Assembly: GCA_964554835.1 (NCBI GenBank)
Contig: CAZKQD010000003.1
Location: 1-47,058, forward strand
Direction: 5' to 3'
Source of the DNA: an uncultured Planctomycetia bacterium
GTDB taxonomy: Bacteria; Omnitrophota; Gorgyraeia; JAGLLT01; CAZKQD01
DNA length: 47,058 nt
Part shown: in pieces, positions 35,665-44,613 of the stretch
Position numbering within the stretch: position 1 is the stretch's first letter
Layout: every line of letters starts with the position of its first letter
Position numbers and translations under genes: made by a program
Notes under the pieces: generated by a model
Database searches by the model: none
The model's input: the letters and a program-made list of their open reading frames with translations, nothing else
Told to the model about the DNA's origin: nothing

Positions 35665-35967
35665 ATGTTTAAGAGAATTATTTCTGCTTTAATATTTTTA
35701 AGTTTCCTGTCTTATCTTCCAGTTGCCCTATCAGAAGAGCAGAAAATCAAATTACTTACTACTAACCTAAATGAACCCTATAAAGTTGTAGGTTTTGTTA
35801 GTTATCGTTCAGGTTTCCCAGATTTAGATAAGATAAATGAGCATCTTATAAAACAAGCTAAAGGTCTGGACGCTGATTATGTTATAGGCATAAGATATAT
35901 AACTTATGCAAGTTATCTATTTGCCTACGGCACTGCTGTTAAGACTGTTAAAACTAAAAGCAAATGA
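35665..35967 (+). CDS. Small exported protein with YbjQ/UPF0145-like C-terminal segment
   Basis: Signal peptide MFKRIISALIFLSFLSYLPVALS. AKGLDADYVIGIRY...AYGTAVKTVK resembles the GADAVVG...GTAVK blocks of YbjQ-family proteins. Confidence 0.45.
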   Translation: MFKRIISALIFLSFLSYLPVALSEEQKIKLLTTNLNEPYKVVGFVSYRSGFPDLDKINEHLIKQAKGLDADYVIGIRYITYASYLFAYGTAVKTVKTKSK

Positions 35968-36029
35968 GGCACATCTTTAAAACAATCCCTTTTTGATTAA
36001 TTTATCCAAAAAAATTTAGATTATTGTGT

Positions 36030-36833
36030 ATGAAAAAGGCAATGTTGGTATCAGCTATTCTGTCAGTATTTATATTTTTTATGTCTGCCTCTTTTGCGGA
36101 AAGTAAAGTCGATAGTTGCGGTTTACCTCAAATATTAAAAAGGATGCATTTTGTAATATATCACAATAATCGCAATTATGCCAATAATATAAGCTGGAAG
36201 GCAGAATACTCTTATAAAAAAATTATAAGGCACTTTAATATTAATGGTTTTCAGCCCTGGGAAAAAGATAAAAAATGTACCATTTATATATTTAAAAATA
36301 GAGAGGATTTTATTAAAGATGCTAAAGCCCCATCGTGGTCAGCAGGATTGGCAAGATATAATCCACCTCGTTTATATATCTATAAAGGAAGCAGAGATCT
36401 AATAGAAAACACGCTTCCTCACGAGATAACTCATTTGATTTTTAGTGAATTTATGGATAGAGAAAAAATACCTTTATGGCTTAACGAAGGTATGGCTCAG
36501 TATGAAGAAGAAAAATGGGACAAAGGATATATCAAAAGATATCTAAAAGTTCATATTAGAAAAGGTATTTATATAAAATTAGATAAGCTTTTTAATATGA
36601 GAAATTATCCCGCAGGTGAAGAGGAGTTGCGTCTTTTTTATTTTCAATCAGCAAGTGTTATTGATTATTTAAGAGAAGAACAAATTGCAAGTCTTTTTGG
36701 TAAATTCCTGTTGAAGATCAAAGAAGGAAAATCGGTCGAATCAGCTTTAAAACAAACATATCAATGGAAATTTCAAAGTGGAATCCCTGAGTTAGAAGAT
36801 AGATGGATTAAATATATAAAGACGAGGTATTAA
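36030..36833 (+). CDS. Exported peptidase MA-like (HExxH) protein
   Basis: Signal peptide. LPHEITHLIFSEF (HExxH) followed by PLWLNEGMAQYEE (third ligand Glu context). Start set at the ATG at 36030. Confidence 0.65.
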   Translation: MKKAMLVSAILSVFIFFMSASFAESKVDSCGLPQILKRMHFVIYHNNRNYANNISWKAEYSYKKIIRHFNINGFQPWEKDKKCTIYIFKNREDFIKDAKAPSWSAGLARYNPPRLYIYKGSRDLIENTLPHEITHLIFSEFMDREKIPLWLNEGMAQYEEEKWDKGYIKRYLKVHIRKGIYIKLDKLFNMRNYPAGEEELRLFYFQSASVIDYLREEQIASLFGKFLLKIKEGKSVESALKQTYQWKFQSGIPELEDRWIKYIKTRY

Positions 36834-36840
36834 AGTAAAG

Positions 36841-37500
36841 ATGAAAGCTTTTTTAATTGACGCTACAGCGTTCTGTTATAGGGCCCACTATGCAATAAAA
36901 GAATTAACTACCTCAAGTGGTCGCCCCACAAATGCTATTTATGGCTTTATTCTAATACTTAACAAAATTATAAAAGAAGAGACACCCGATTTAGTTGGAG
37001 TTGCTTTTGATTTGAAAGCTCCTACTTTCAGGCATAAGAAGTTTAAAGACTATAAGGCACATCGACCACCAATGCCTGATGAATTAATTAAACAGATGCC
37101 AACAATTAAAGAAGTAGTTAAAGGATACAACATTCCTCTTTTTGAAAAAGAAGGATATGAAGCAGAAGATATCATTGCAACTATTGCTAAAGATTTAGTA
37201 AGGAAGGGGATTGAGGTCTATATAGTAACAGGAGATAAGGATATCTTACAGTTAGTTAGTAAAAACATAAAGGTATATAATACCCACAAAGAAGGATTAA
37301 TTTATGACAAAGAGAAGGTGGAAGAGAAATACGGGGTTGCACCTGATAAGGTTATTGAAGTAATGGCCTTAATGGGTGATAAGACAGATAATATTCCCGG
37401 TGTATCCGGAATTGGCATAAAGACTGCTCAGAAGTTAATTAAAAAATATAAAACCCTTGAGAATCTTTTAGATAATATTGATAGATTAGAAAGTGATTAG
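36841..37500 (+). CDS. polA: DNA polymerase I, N-terminal 5'-3' exonuclease segment ending at an in-frame TAG
   Basis: 5' nuclease motifs (AFDLKAPTFRHKKFKDYKAHR, YEAEDIIATIA, TGDKDILQLV, GDKTDNIPGVSGIGIKTAQKLI). Ends at TAG 37498-37500, in the same frame as the next ORF. Confidence 0.85.
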   Translation: MKAFLIDATAFCYRAHYAIKELTTSSGRPTNAIYGFILILNKIIKEETPDLVGVAFDLKAPTFRHKKFKDYKAHRPPMPDELIKQMPTIKEVVKGYNIPLFEKEGYEAEDIIATIAKDLVRKGIEVYIVTGDKDILQLVSKNIKVYNTHKEGLIYDKEKVEEKYGVAPDKVIEVMALMGDKTDNIPGVSGIGIKTAQKLIKKYKTLENLLDNIDRLESD

Positions 37501-39501
37501 TTGCAAACTATATTAAAGAAACATTCAAAAGATGCAAAGCTCTCAAAAGAATTAGCCAAAATAGATACCAATGTACCTATAAGGTTCAAAATTGATGAAT
37601 TAAAAGCAAAAAAACCAGATAAGAGAAAGTTATTTAAGATTTTTAAAGAACTTGAGTTCAGGAAATTATTAAAAGAATTTGCTCCTGATGACAAATGGGA
37701 AGCAGATTATAAACTTATCTTAGAAAAAGGTGAGTTTGAAGAATTGATTCAGCGCTTAAAGGCTAAAGACCTCTTTGCTTTTGATTTTGAAACTACAGAT
37801 GCAAATCCGCACAAAGCAGAACCAATAGGTATATCATTCTGCTGGAAAGAAAAAGAAGCTTACTATATTCCATTATTGGATAAAAAAGAAGAGAACAAAA
37901 AGGGCATCTTAAGGTCTGAAGTTTTTAATAAGTTGGAACCTATACTTAAAGATAAAAAGATTAAAAAAATAGGTCAAAACATCAAATATGAAATCATAAT
38001 TTTAGCAAGATATGGTTTAGATATAGAAGGTATATACTTTGACACTATGATTGCTTCTTATCTCTTAAATCCGTCAAAATTGAATCATAATTTAGATGAT
38101 ATTTCCTTAGAATATTTAGGACATAAAACGGTGCCCCTTTCAGATTTAATTGATAAGAAGAAAAAAGATGTTTCATTAAAAGATACTGATTTAAATAAAT
38201 TATCTTGGTATGCTTGTGAAGATTCAGATGTTGCTTTTAGATTATATAAGATGTTGGAAGATAAGTTAAAAGAGAAGGAGTTATTTAAACTTTACACAGA
38301 CATAGAGATGCCCCTCGTAAAAGTCCTGGCCAATATGGAATTAAATGGCATATCAGTAGATAAAGAAAAACTCAAGAGACTCTCCCGTGACCTTTCAAAG
38401 GAATTAGATAAGATTAAAAAGGGTATTTTTAACATTGCCGGCGCGGAATTTAATATAAATTCACCCAAACAACTGAGGGAAATTCTATTTAATAAATTAA
38501 AACTTCCTGTTGTAAAGAAAACTAAAACTGGACCATCAACAGACGTTGAAGTGCTTAAGATACTATCGAATAAACATAAACTCCCTGCTTTTATTTTAAA
38601 ATACAGAGAGTTTACTAAATTAAAGACTGGTTACATAGATAGTTTACCGAAGCTCATAAATCCTAAAACCAAGAAGATTCATACTTCATTTAATCAAACT
38701 ATAACCCAGACAGGAAGATTAAGTTCTTCTAACCCAAATTTACAAAATGTTCCTGCAAGGGGCAGTATAAGCAAAAAAATTAGAGAAGCCTTTATTCCAC
38801 AAAGTAAAAATTTTTCTTTTTTATCAGCTGATTATTCGCAGATTGAATTAAGAATTTTAGCGCATTTATCTAATGACGAAAATCTAAAGAAAGCATTTGA
38901 GGAAAATTTAGACATTCACGCTTTCACTGCTTCTTTAATATTTGCTAAGGATTTAGATGGGATAGATAAAGATATGAGAGCTACAGCTAAAACTGTTAAT
39001 TTTTCTATTATTTATGGAGTAAGCCCCTATGGCTTATCAAAAGAATTAAACATTGAAGTCCAAGAGGCAAAGAAGTTTATTGATTCTTATTTTAAAAGAT
39101 ATCCTAAAGTAAAAAAATATATAGATACCATGATAAAGCAGGCAACAGATAAAGGATATGTAGTTACTCTGTTTGGAAGAAGAAGATATATACCTCAAAT
39201 TAAAAGTTCTGATAAAAGCCAGGCAAATTTTGCTAAAAGAGTCGCAATAAATACTCCTATTCAGGGAACCGCTAGCGATTTAATAAAAATCGCTATGATA
39301 GATATATATAAAGAATTAAAAAAATGTAATTTATCCTCAAAGATGATTTTGCAGATACATGATGAGTTGATATTCGAAGCGGCTAATGATGAAATAGAAA
39401 GACTAAAAGGAATAGTTAAAGATAAGATGGAAAACGTAGTTAAATTAAACGTGCCCATTAAAACAGATATTAAAACTGGTAAAAGTTGGGCAGAATGTTA
39501 G
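37501..39501 (+). CDS. polA: DNA polymerase I, remainder (end of 5' nuclease domain, 3'-5' exonuclease and polymerase domains)
   Basis: LSKELAKIDTNVPI continues the 5' nuclease domain. Exo motifs FDFETTD, QNIKYE and YACEDSD. Pol motifs DYSQIELRILAH, RATAKTVNFSIIYG and QIHDELIFE. The ORF-track TTG start directly abuts the TAG. Confidence 0.85.
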   Translation: MQTILKKHSKDAKLSKELAKIDTNVPIRFKIDELKAKKPDKRKLFKIFKELEFRKLLKEFAPDDKWEADYKLILEKGEFEELIQRLKAKDLFAFDFETTDANPHKAEPIGISFCWKEKEAYYIPLLDKKEENKKGILRSEVFNKLEPILKDKKIKKIGQNIKYEIIILARYGLDIEGIYFDTMIASYLLNPSKLNHNLDDISLEYLGHKTVPLSDLIDKKKKDVSLKDTDLNKLSWYACEDSDVAFRLYKMLEDKLKEKELFKLYTDIEMPLVKVLANMELNGISVDKEKLKRLSRDLSKELDKIKKGIFNIAGAEFNINSPKQLREILFNKLKLPVVKKTKTGPSTDVEVLKILSNKHKLPAFILKYREFTKLKTGYIDSLPKLINPKTKKIHTSFNQTITQTGRLSSSNPNLQNVPARGSISKKIREAFIPQSKNFSFLSADYSQIELRILAHLSNDENLKKAFEENLDIHAFTASLIFAKDLDGIDKDMRATAKTVNFSIIYGVSPYGLSKELNIEVQEAKKFIDSYFKRYPKVKKYIDTMIKQATDKGYVVTLFGRRRYIPQIKSSDKSQANFAKRVAINTPIQGTASDLIKIAMIDIYKELKKCNLSSKMILQIHDELIFEAANDEIERLKGIVKDKMENVVKLNVPIKTDIKTGKSWAEC

Positions 39502-39523
39502 GGACTAAAAGAGAAGGTGCGGG

Positions 39524-40153
39524 GTGAAAGTTATAGGGCTTACAGGTGGATTTAAGACGGGCAAGAGTACAGTTACTAGAATGTTATCGGAACTTGGTGT
39601 AGAGGTAATAATAGATGCTGATAAGTTAGCGCACAAGGCGCTTAAACTGGATTCAAGCACATATAAAAAAATAATAAAAGAATTTGGGGAAAAATTTCTG
39701 GATGACGAAGGAAGAATTAATAGGAGAAAATTGGCGAAATTAGTCTTTAGTAATAAAGAAAAGCTGAATTTATTAAATAGTATAATTCATCCATATGTAA
39801 TAGATAAAGTGAAAGAAAAAATATACAAAACAAAGCAAAGTAGCCCTAACGCAATAATAATAGTTGATGCGCCGTTGTTATATGAAGCAGGTATGCAGAA
39901 TATGATGGATAAAATAATTGTGGTCTCAGCCACTAAAAATAAACAAATACAGCGAGCAAGACAAACTACATCATTATCAGAGTATGAAGTCAAAAGAAGA
40001 ATTGAAAATCAACTACCGCTTACTGAAAAGGAAAAATTAGCCGATGTAGTAATTGAGAATAATGGAACTTTAGAAGATACTAAAAGTCAGGTAAAAAAAA
40101 TGTGGAAGAGGATAAACGAAGAAGACATAGGTTATGGAACGAAACGGACATAA
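39524..40153 (+). CDS. coaE: Dephospho-CoA kinase
   Basis: GLTGGFKTGKST P-loop, 209 aa, GTG start, usual position after polA. The last codons and the stop lie inside hairpin 40131-40154. Confidence 0.85.
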   Translation: MKVIGLTGGFKTGKSTVTRMLSELGVEVIIDADKLAHKALKLDSSTYKKIIKEFGEKFLDDEGRINRRKLAKLVFSNKEKLNLLNSIIHPYVIDKVKEKIYKTKQSSPNAIIIVDAPLLYEAGMQNMMDKIIVVSATKNKQIQRARQTTSLSEYEVKRRIENQLPLTEKEKLADVVIENNGTLEDTKSQVKKMWKRINEEDIGYGTKRT

Positions 40154-40154
40154 C
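40131..40154. repeat. GAACGAA-loop hairpin (H1 type) overlapping the coaE stop
   Basis: GTTATG / loop GAACGAAACGGA / CATAAC. Stem and 12-nt loop layout match 32192-32219. Confidence 0.6.
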
Positions 40155-40254
40155 TCTTATATGTCTATCCCGAATGTAGCTACATCTTTAGAAACTCTTC
40201 GGGATCCTGAAAAAAACGGGAAACTTATCCTGAGCCTTTGGGGTTATTAAAATT

Positions 40255-40320
40255 CCCTCGCTTAGACAAGCCAAAATTGCCTTTGGTAATTTTAGCTTAA
40301 GCTTCGGGATAAATTCGACC
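40255..40320. repeat. Second copy of the CCCTCGCTTA...AAGCTTCGGG palindromic element (short-loop form)
   Basis: CCCTCGCTTAGACAAGCCAAAATT / GCCTTTGGT / AATTTTAGCTTAAGCTTCGGGATAAATTCGACC. The 5' arm matches 1193-1217 at 22/24 and the 3' arm plus flank matches 1300-1332 at 30/33. Confidence 0.6.
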
Positions 40321-40326
40321 ATATAA

Positions 40327-40351
40327 TTTACGTTCGTTGTCACTCCGTAAA
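40327..40351 (+). repeat. TCACTC-loop hairpin (H3 type) in the rho leader
   Basis: TTTACG / loop TTCGTTGTCACTC / CGTAAA. It ends 28 nt before the rho ATG. Confidence 0.6.
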
Positions 40352-40379
40352 TTGTGGTCTCATTTAAAGGAGGAAAATT

Positions 40380-41669
40380 ATGATAGCAAAAAGTAAGACT
40401 AAAGAAAAGGAAGAAATGGATATAAGGGAATTGAAGCAGATGAAGATGACTGAATTAACAAAACTTGCCTCCGGATTAAAAATAAACGGAATAAATGATT
40501 TCAGGAAGCAGGATTTGATTTTTAAGATTCTTCAGGCGCGCGCTGAACAAAACGGATTTATGTTTGGCGAAGGTGTTTTAGAGATTTTACCAGATGGATT
40601 TGGTTTTTTGCGTTCACCAAACTATAATTACTTACCCTGTCCAGACGATATCTATATTTCGCCTTCTCAGATTAAGAAATTTTCTTTAAAAAAAGGAGAT
40701 GTAGTAAGTGGACAGATACGACCACCAAAGGAAACTGAGAAATACTTTGCTTTACTTAGAGTTGAAGCAGTTGATTATGAGGTTCCTGAGGCAGCAAAAA
40801 ATAGAATTCTCTTTGATTATCTAACACCTTTATATCCTCAGGAGAGGTTTATACTTGAGACTAAACCCGATGAAATAAATATGAGGGTTATGGATCTGCT
40901 TACTCCAATAGGCAAGGGGCAACGTGGTCTCATTGTTGCTCCGCCATATAGTGGTAAGACAGTATTATTGCAGAACTTTGCCAACAGCATAAGTACCAAT
41001 TATCCTAATGCTATCTTAATGGTTCTATTGATAGATGAGCGCCCCGAAGAAGTTACCGATATGCAACGCTCAGTTAAAGGAGAAGTTATAAGTTCTACTT
41101 TTGATGAGCCGCCGGATAGGCACGTCCAAGTTGCTGAAATTGTTTTAGAAAAAGCGAAAAGATTGGTTGAAAGGAAGAAGGATGTTGTGATATTATTAGA
41201 CAGCGTAACTAGATTAGCTAGAGCTTACAATTCGGTCGTGCCTCATTCAGGAAGAATTCTTTCAGGCGGTGTGGATGCTGCTTCAATACAGAAACCAAAG
41301 AGATTCTTTGGTGCGGCCAGAAACATAGAGGAAGGCGGCAGCCTTACTATCATAGCTACAGCTTTAATAGATACAGGTTCTCGTATGGATGATGTGATAT
41401 TCGAAGAATTTAAAGGCACAGGCAACATGGAACTTACACTAGATAGGAATTTATTTCAAAGGAGAATTTATCCAGCTATAGATGTAAAACGCTCAAACAC
41501 AAGAAAAGAAGAACTTTTATATGACCCAGAAGAACTTAAGAAAGTATGGATATTGCGAAAGGCTTTAAATGAAACTACATCTATAGAAGCCATAGAGTTA
41601 TTGATTGGAAAGTTGAAAAAGACTAAAACTAATGCAGAATTCTTACTTTCTCTAAAGGGTATAGTTTAA
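40380..41669 (+). CDS. rho: Transcription termination factor Rho
   Basis: N-terminal Rho_N and cold-shock-like RNA-binding region (GFGFLR), P-loop [20 protein letters not shown] and [20 protein letters not shown] lies 6 nt upstream. Confidence 0.95.
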   Translation: MIAKSKTKEKEEMDIRELKQMKMTELTKLASGLKINGINDFRKQDLIFKILQARAEQNGFMFGEGVLEILPDGFGFLRSPNYNYLPCPDDIYISPSQIKKFSLKKGDVVSGQIRPPKETEKYFALLRVEAVDYEVPEAAKNRILFDYLTPLYPQERFILETKPDEINMRVMDLLTPIGKGQRGLIVAPPYSGKTVLLQNFANSISTNYPNAILMVLLIDERPEEVTDMQRSVKGEVISSTFDEPPDRHVQVAEIVLEKAKRLVERKKDVVILLDSVTRLARAYNSVVPHSGRILSGGVDAASIQKPKRFFGAARNIEEGGSLTIIATALIDTGSRMDDVIFEEFKGTGNMELTLDRNLFQRRIYPAIDVKRSNTRKEELLYDPEELKKVWILRKALNETTSIEAIELLIGKLKKTKTNAEFLLSLKGIV

Positions 41670-41746
41670 TTAGCGATATTGTTAATTAAAAACTAGACAA
41701 AGGTCCCTCGCTTAAACTTTGGGGCTCATTAAAGGAGGAATAAAAA

Positions 41747-41947
41747 ATGAAGAATAAGATTCATCCTGAATACAAAGAAACTACCATAACATGTGCCTGC
41801 GGGAACGTAATACATACCCGTTCTACTAAGCAAAATATGAAAGTGGAAATATGTAGTAAGTGCCATCCATTTTTTACTGGCACAGAGAAAATACTGGATT
41901 CCGCAGGCCGAGTAGAGAGATTCAAGAAGAAATATAAAAAGAAATAA
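41747..41947 (+). CDS. rpmE: 50S ribosomal protein L31 (zinc-binding type)
   Basis: MKNKIHPEY start. CxC...CxxC cysteines ([15 protein letters not shown]). Confidence 0.95.
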   Translation: MKNKIHPEYKETTITCACGNVIHTRSTKQNMKVEICSKCHPFFTGTEKILDSAGRVERFKKKYKKK

Positions 41948-41948
41948 T

Positions 41949-43028
41949 ATGTTTAAACAATTGGAATCTACAGAGAAACGATTTGAAGAAATTGAAGAAT
42001 TAATGAGCAACCCTGAAGTAATCTCGGACAGTCAAGGATTAAGAAAACTTGCCAAGGAGTACTCTGACTTAGAACCAGCTGTTTCTAAATACAGAAGATA
42101 TAAGAAGAATGAGAAGGAGATAACTGAGTTAGAGGAAATGCTAAAGCAAAAAAAAGAGAACGAGGAATTCGTTAAGCTGGCTCAGTCTGAGAGAGAAGAC
42201 TTAATAGAAAGAAATGGAAAACTCAAAGACGAACTTGAAGAACTGCTATTTGAACAACGGGAAGGGGTAGATAAAAATATAATTATGGAAATTAGAGCTG
42301 GGACAGGCGGTGAAGAAGCAGCGCTTTTTGTCTCAGATTTATTTAGAATGTATTCGAAATATGCTCAAGCCAAAGGCTGGAAGACAGAAATCTTAAGTTC
42401 AAATCCAACTGGCACAGGAGGTTTTAAGGAATTTATTTTTTCTATTGAAGGTAAGGAAGTTTATAAGAGACTCAGGTATGAAAGTGGAACCCATAGGGTC
42501 CAAAGGATTCCTGCTACTGAAACTTCTGGCAGAATTCATACCTCTGCTGCAACAGTAGCTGTCTTACCTGAAGCAGAAGAAGTAGATTTAAAGATAAATC
42601 CAAAGGACCTAAAAATAGACACCTTTAGAGCATCCGGTCGTGGCGGACAACATGTAAATGTTACTGATTCTGCTGTACGTATTACACATAAACCAACTAA
42701 TACTGTAGTTAGCTGTCAGGATGAACGCTCTCAGATGAAGAACAGACAAAAGGCCATGAAGGTTTTACGGGCAAGGATCCTTGAGAAATTACAGAGGGAA
42801 AAAAAAGAAGAAATTTCAAAAACTAGAAAGTCTCAAATTGGCACAGGAGATAGGTCTCAAAAAATTAGAACCTATAATTTTCCTCAGTCTCGCATAACAG
42901 ACCACCGCATAAACCTAACCCTTTACAAATTAGATAAAGTTCTTGGAGGTAATTTAGACGAAATTATTGATGCCCTCATTAAAGAAGACCGTAAATTGTC
43001 CTTAAGGAGTAAGAATGATGAAGTTTGA
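41949..43028 (+). CDS. prfA: Peptide chain release factor 1
   Basis: [21 protein letters not shown] (PxT tripeptide region) and SGRGGQHVN (GGQ). Confidence 0.95.
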   Translation: MFKQLESTEKRFEEIEELMSNPEVISDSQGLRKLAKEYSDLEPAVSKYRRYKKNEKEITELEEMLKQKKENEEFVKLAQSEREDLIERNGKLKDELEELLFEQREGVDKNIIMEIRAGTGGEEAALFVSDLFRMYSKYAQAKGWKTEILSSNPTGTGGFKEFIFSIEGKEVYKRLRYESGTHRVQRIPATETSGRIHTSAATVAVLPEAEEVDLKINPKDLKIDTFRASGRGGQHVNVTDSAVRITHKPTNTVVSCQDERSQMKNRQKAMKVLRARILEKLQREKKEEISKTRKSQIGTGDRSQKIRTYNFPQSRITDHRINLTLYKLDKVLGGNLDEIIDALIKEDRKLSLRSKNDEV

Positions 43029-43746
43029 TAGAAGTAGATTTAGTTCGGCTGTCATTTTAATGGTGGTAGTTTTAATTTTGCCTGTACACATCTGCTTAGG
43101 TAGTTCTATAAGAGAATACCGACAGAGTCTTTTGAATAACTTAAAGGAAAAGAGCAAAGTCATAAATGATGGCAGAATATGCAGGACTGAGCATTTTGCT
43201 GTTTACATAGATAATCTGTCTTTAAAAGATTTAAATCTTGAAAGGGGTGAAAGATTGACAGAGCTTATGCTCAGAATTAGCTATGTTTTTGAGGAGGTTT
43301 ACAAAGTGGTGGGAAAAAATTTTAGCCGATACCCTAGCGGTAAATTTACGATTAATATTTTGTCTTCCCAGCAATATAGGCGTGATGCAGGCAAGGGCTA
43401 CAAGCTCACTGTGGGTAAAAGCAAACTAAAGATAGCATTTTCTCAAAACCTAATGAATAATCCTTTAGATGATTTTAAACAAGGCATTTCTAATATCTAT
43501 TATGCATACAGCAGAGTCTTTTTATATACGATTACAGGGCCTGAATTTTATAATAAGGCTTCTACTGAAATAAGTGAATATTTTCAAAAGATAGGTGAGA
43601 AGACGTCTCGCTGGACAAAAAATTTAACAGAAGACGAGAAAAAAGGAATTTTAAACTCTATAGATGAAGAAAATGAGTTTTTATTCAAAAAATACCCCCA
43701 ATATTTTAAGAGTAAATCTAAGGCAAAAAAAGGCCATGAAATGTAA
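43015..43746 (+). CDS. Hypothetical exported/membrane-anchored protein inserted between prfA and prmC
   Basis: N-terminal hydrophobic segment [19 protein letters not shown]. No recognisable catalytic motif. The N-terminal layout (EHFAVYID...) loosely resembles the MA-peptidase-like protein at 36030 but lacks HExxH. Confidence 0.5.
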   Translation: MMKFDRSRFSSAVILMVVVLILPVHICLGSSIREYRQSLLNNLKEKSKVINDGRICRTEHFAVYIDNLSLKDLNLERGERLTELMLRISYVFEEVYKVVGKNFSRYPSGKFTINILSSQQYRRDAGKGYKLTVGKSKLKIAFSQNLMNNPLDDFKQGISNIYYAYSRVFLYTITGPEFYNKASTEISEYFQKIGEKTSRWTKNLTEDEKKGILNSIDEENEFLFKKYPQYFKSKSKAKKGHEM

Positions 43747-44602
43747 ATGTTTAACCTCAAGAGAGTGTCTAAATGATGCAGTCGGTATTCTTAAACGACA
43801 TAATATAGAGAATCCCCAGCAGGAAGCAGAGGTTTTACTTTCTGAAGTTTTAGAAGTTGGAAAATTAGATTTATATTTAGAAAACTTTGAAATTAATAAC
43901 CTTAAACTTTCTAAATTGAGGTATTTTTTAAGGATGCGCTGTGAGCATATTCCTATACAATATCTAATAAAGAAAGTCTTTTTTTATGGATTAGAGTTTA
44001 AGGTAACCGAGGAGGTCTTTATACCAAGACCTGAGACTGAAATTATAGTAGAAGCTGTCCTTAACATAATAAGAGATAAAAGCATGCTGAACCCACAACT
44101 AGTAGATATTGGAACAGGTTGCGGTAATATTGCTATTTCGTTGACAAAACACATAACTAGTTGTAAGATGACAGCAACTGATATTTCTAAAATTTCTCTT
44201 AAAATTGCTAAAGATAATGCCAAAAGATATAATCTGATAAATAAAATCACATTTTTAGAAGGTGATTTATTTAAACCTTTAGATATTAAAAGAAAAAAAG
44301 ATATTATAATTTCTAATCCGCCTTATATAAGCTTAAACGAATTAGATAATTTACAATCTGAGGTCAACAAAGAGCCAAAACTGGCTTTATTTGGCGGAAA
44401 GGATGGGTTATATTTTTATAAAAATATTATAAATGAAGCTCCTTTATATTTAAAATCTTCTGGTTTTTTAGTACTTGAGTTAGCTAAAGATAGAGCAAAT
44501 CCAGTTAAAGATGCAATTAAAGATAGTTTACATTTTAGAAATCCGACGTTTATAAAAGATTATAACGGCATAAACAGAGTAGTAATAGCAGAAAAGGTAT
44601 AA
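43736..44602 (+). CDS. prmC: Release factor glutamine N5-methyltransferase
   Basis: VDIGTGCGNIAIS SAM motif and ISNPPY catalytic motif. Start moved from 43664 to the ATG at 43736, giving the usual ~288 aa. Confidence 0.85.
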   Translation: MKCKCLTSRECLNDAVGILKRHNIENPQQEAEVLLSEVLEVGKLDLYLENFEINNLKLSKLRYFLRMRCEHIPIQYLIKKVFFYGLEFKVTEEVFIPRPETEIIVEAVLNIIRDKSMLNPQLVDIGTGCGNIAISLTKHITSCKMTATDISKISLKIAKDNAKRYNLINKITFLEGDLFKPLDIKRKKDIIISNPPYISLNELDNLQSEVNKEPKLALFGGKDGLYFYKNIINEAPLYLKSSGFLVLELAKDRANPVKDAIKDSLHFRNPTFIKDYNGINRVVIAEKV

Positions 44603-44613
44603 GTTTTATATTT

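Noticed and set aside
37498-37500. Genome-wide reassignment of TAG to a sense codon as the explanation for the polA interruption
   Set aside because: Many genes in the window terminate at TAG at positions matching the normal C-termini of their families (IDH-like, apbE, pdxA, ctpA, pilT). A global recoding is therefore not supported. Site-specific explanations are kept as a finding.
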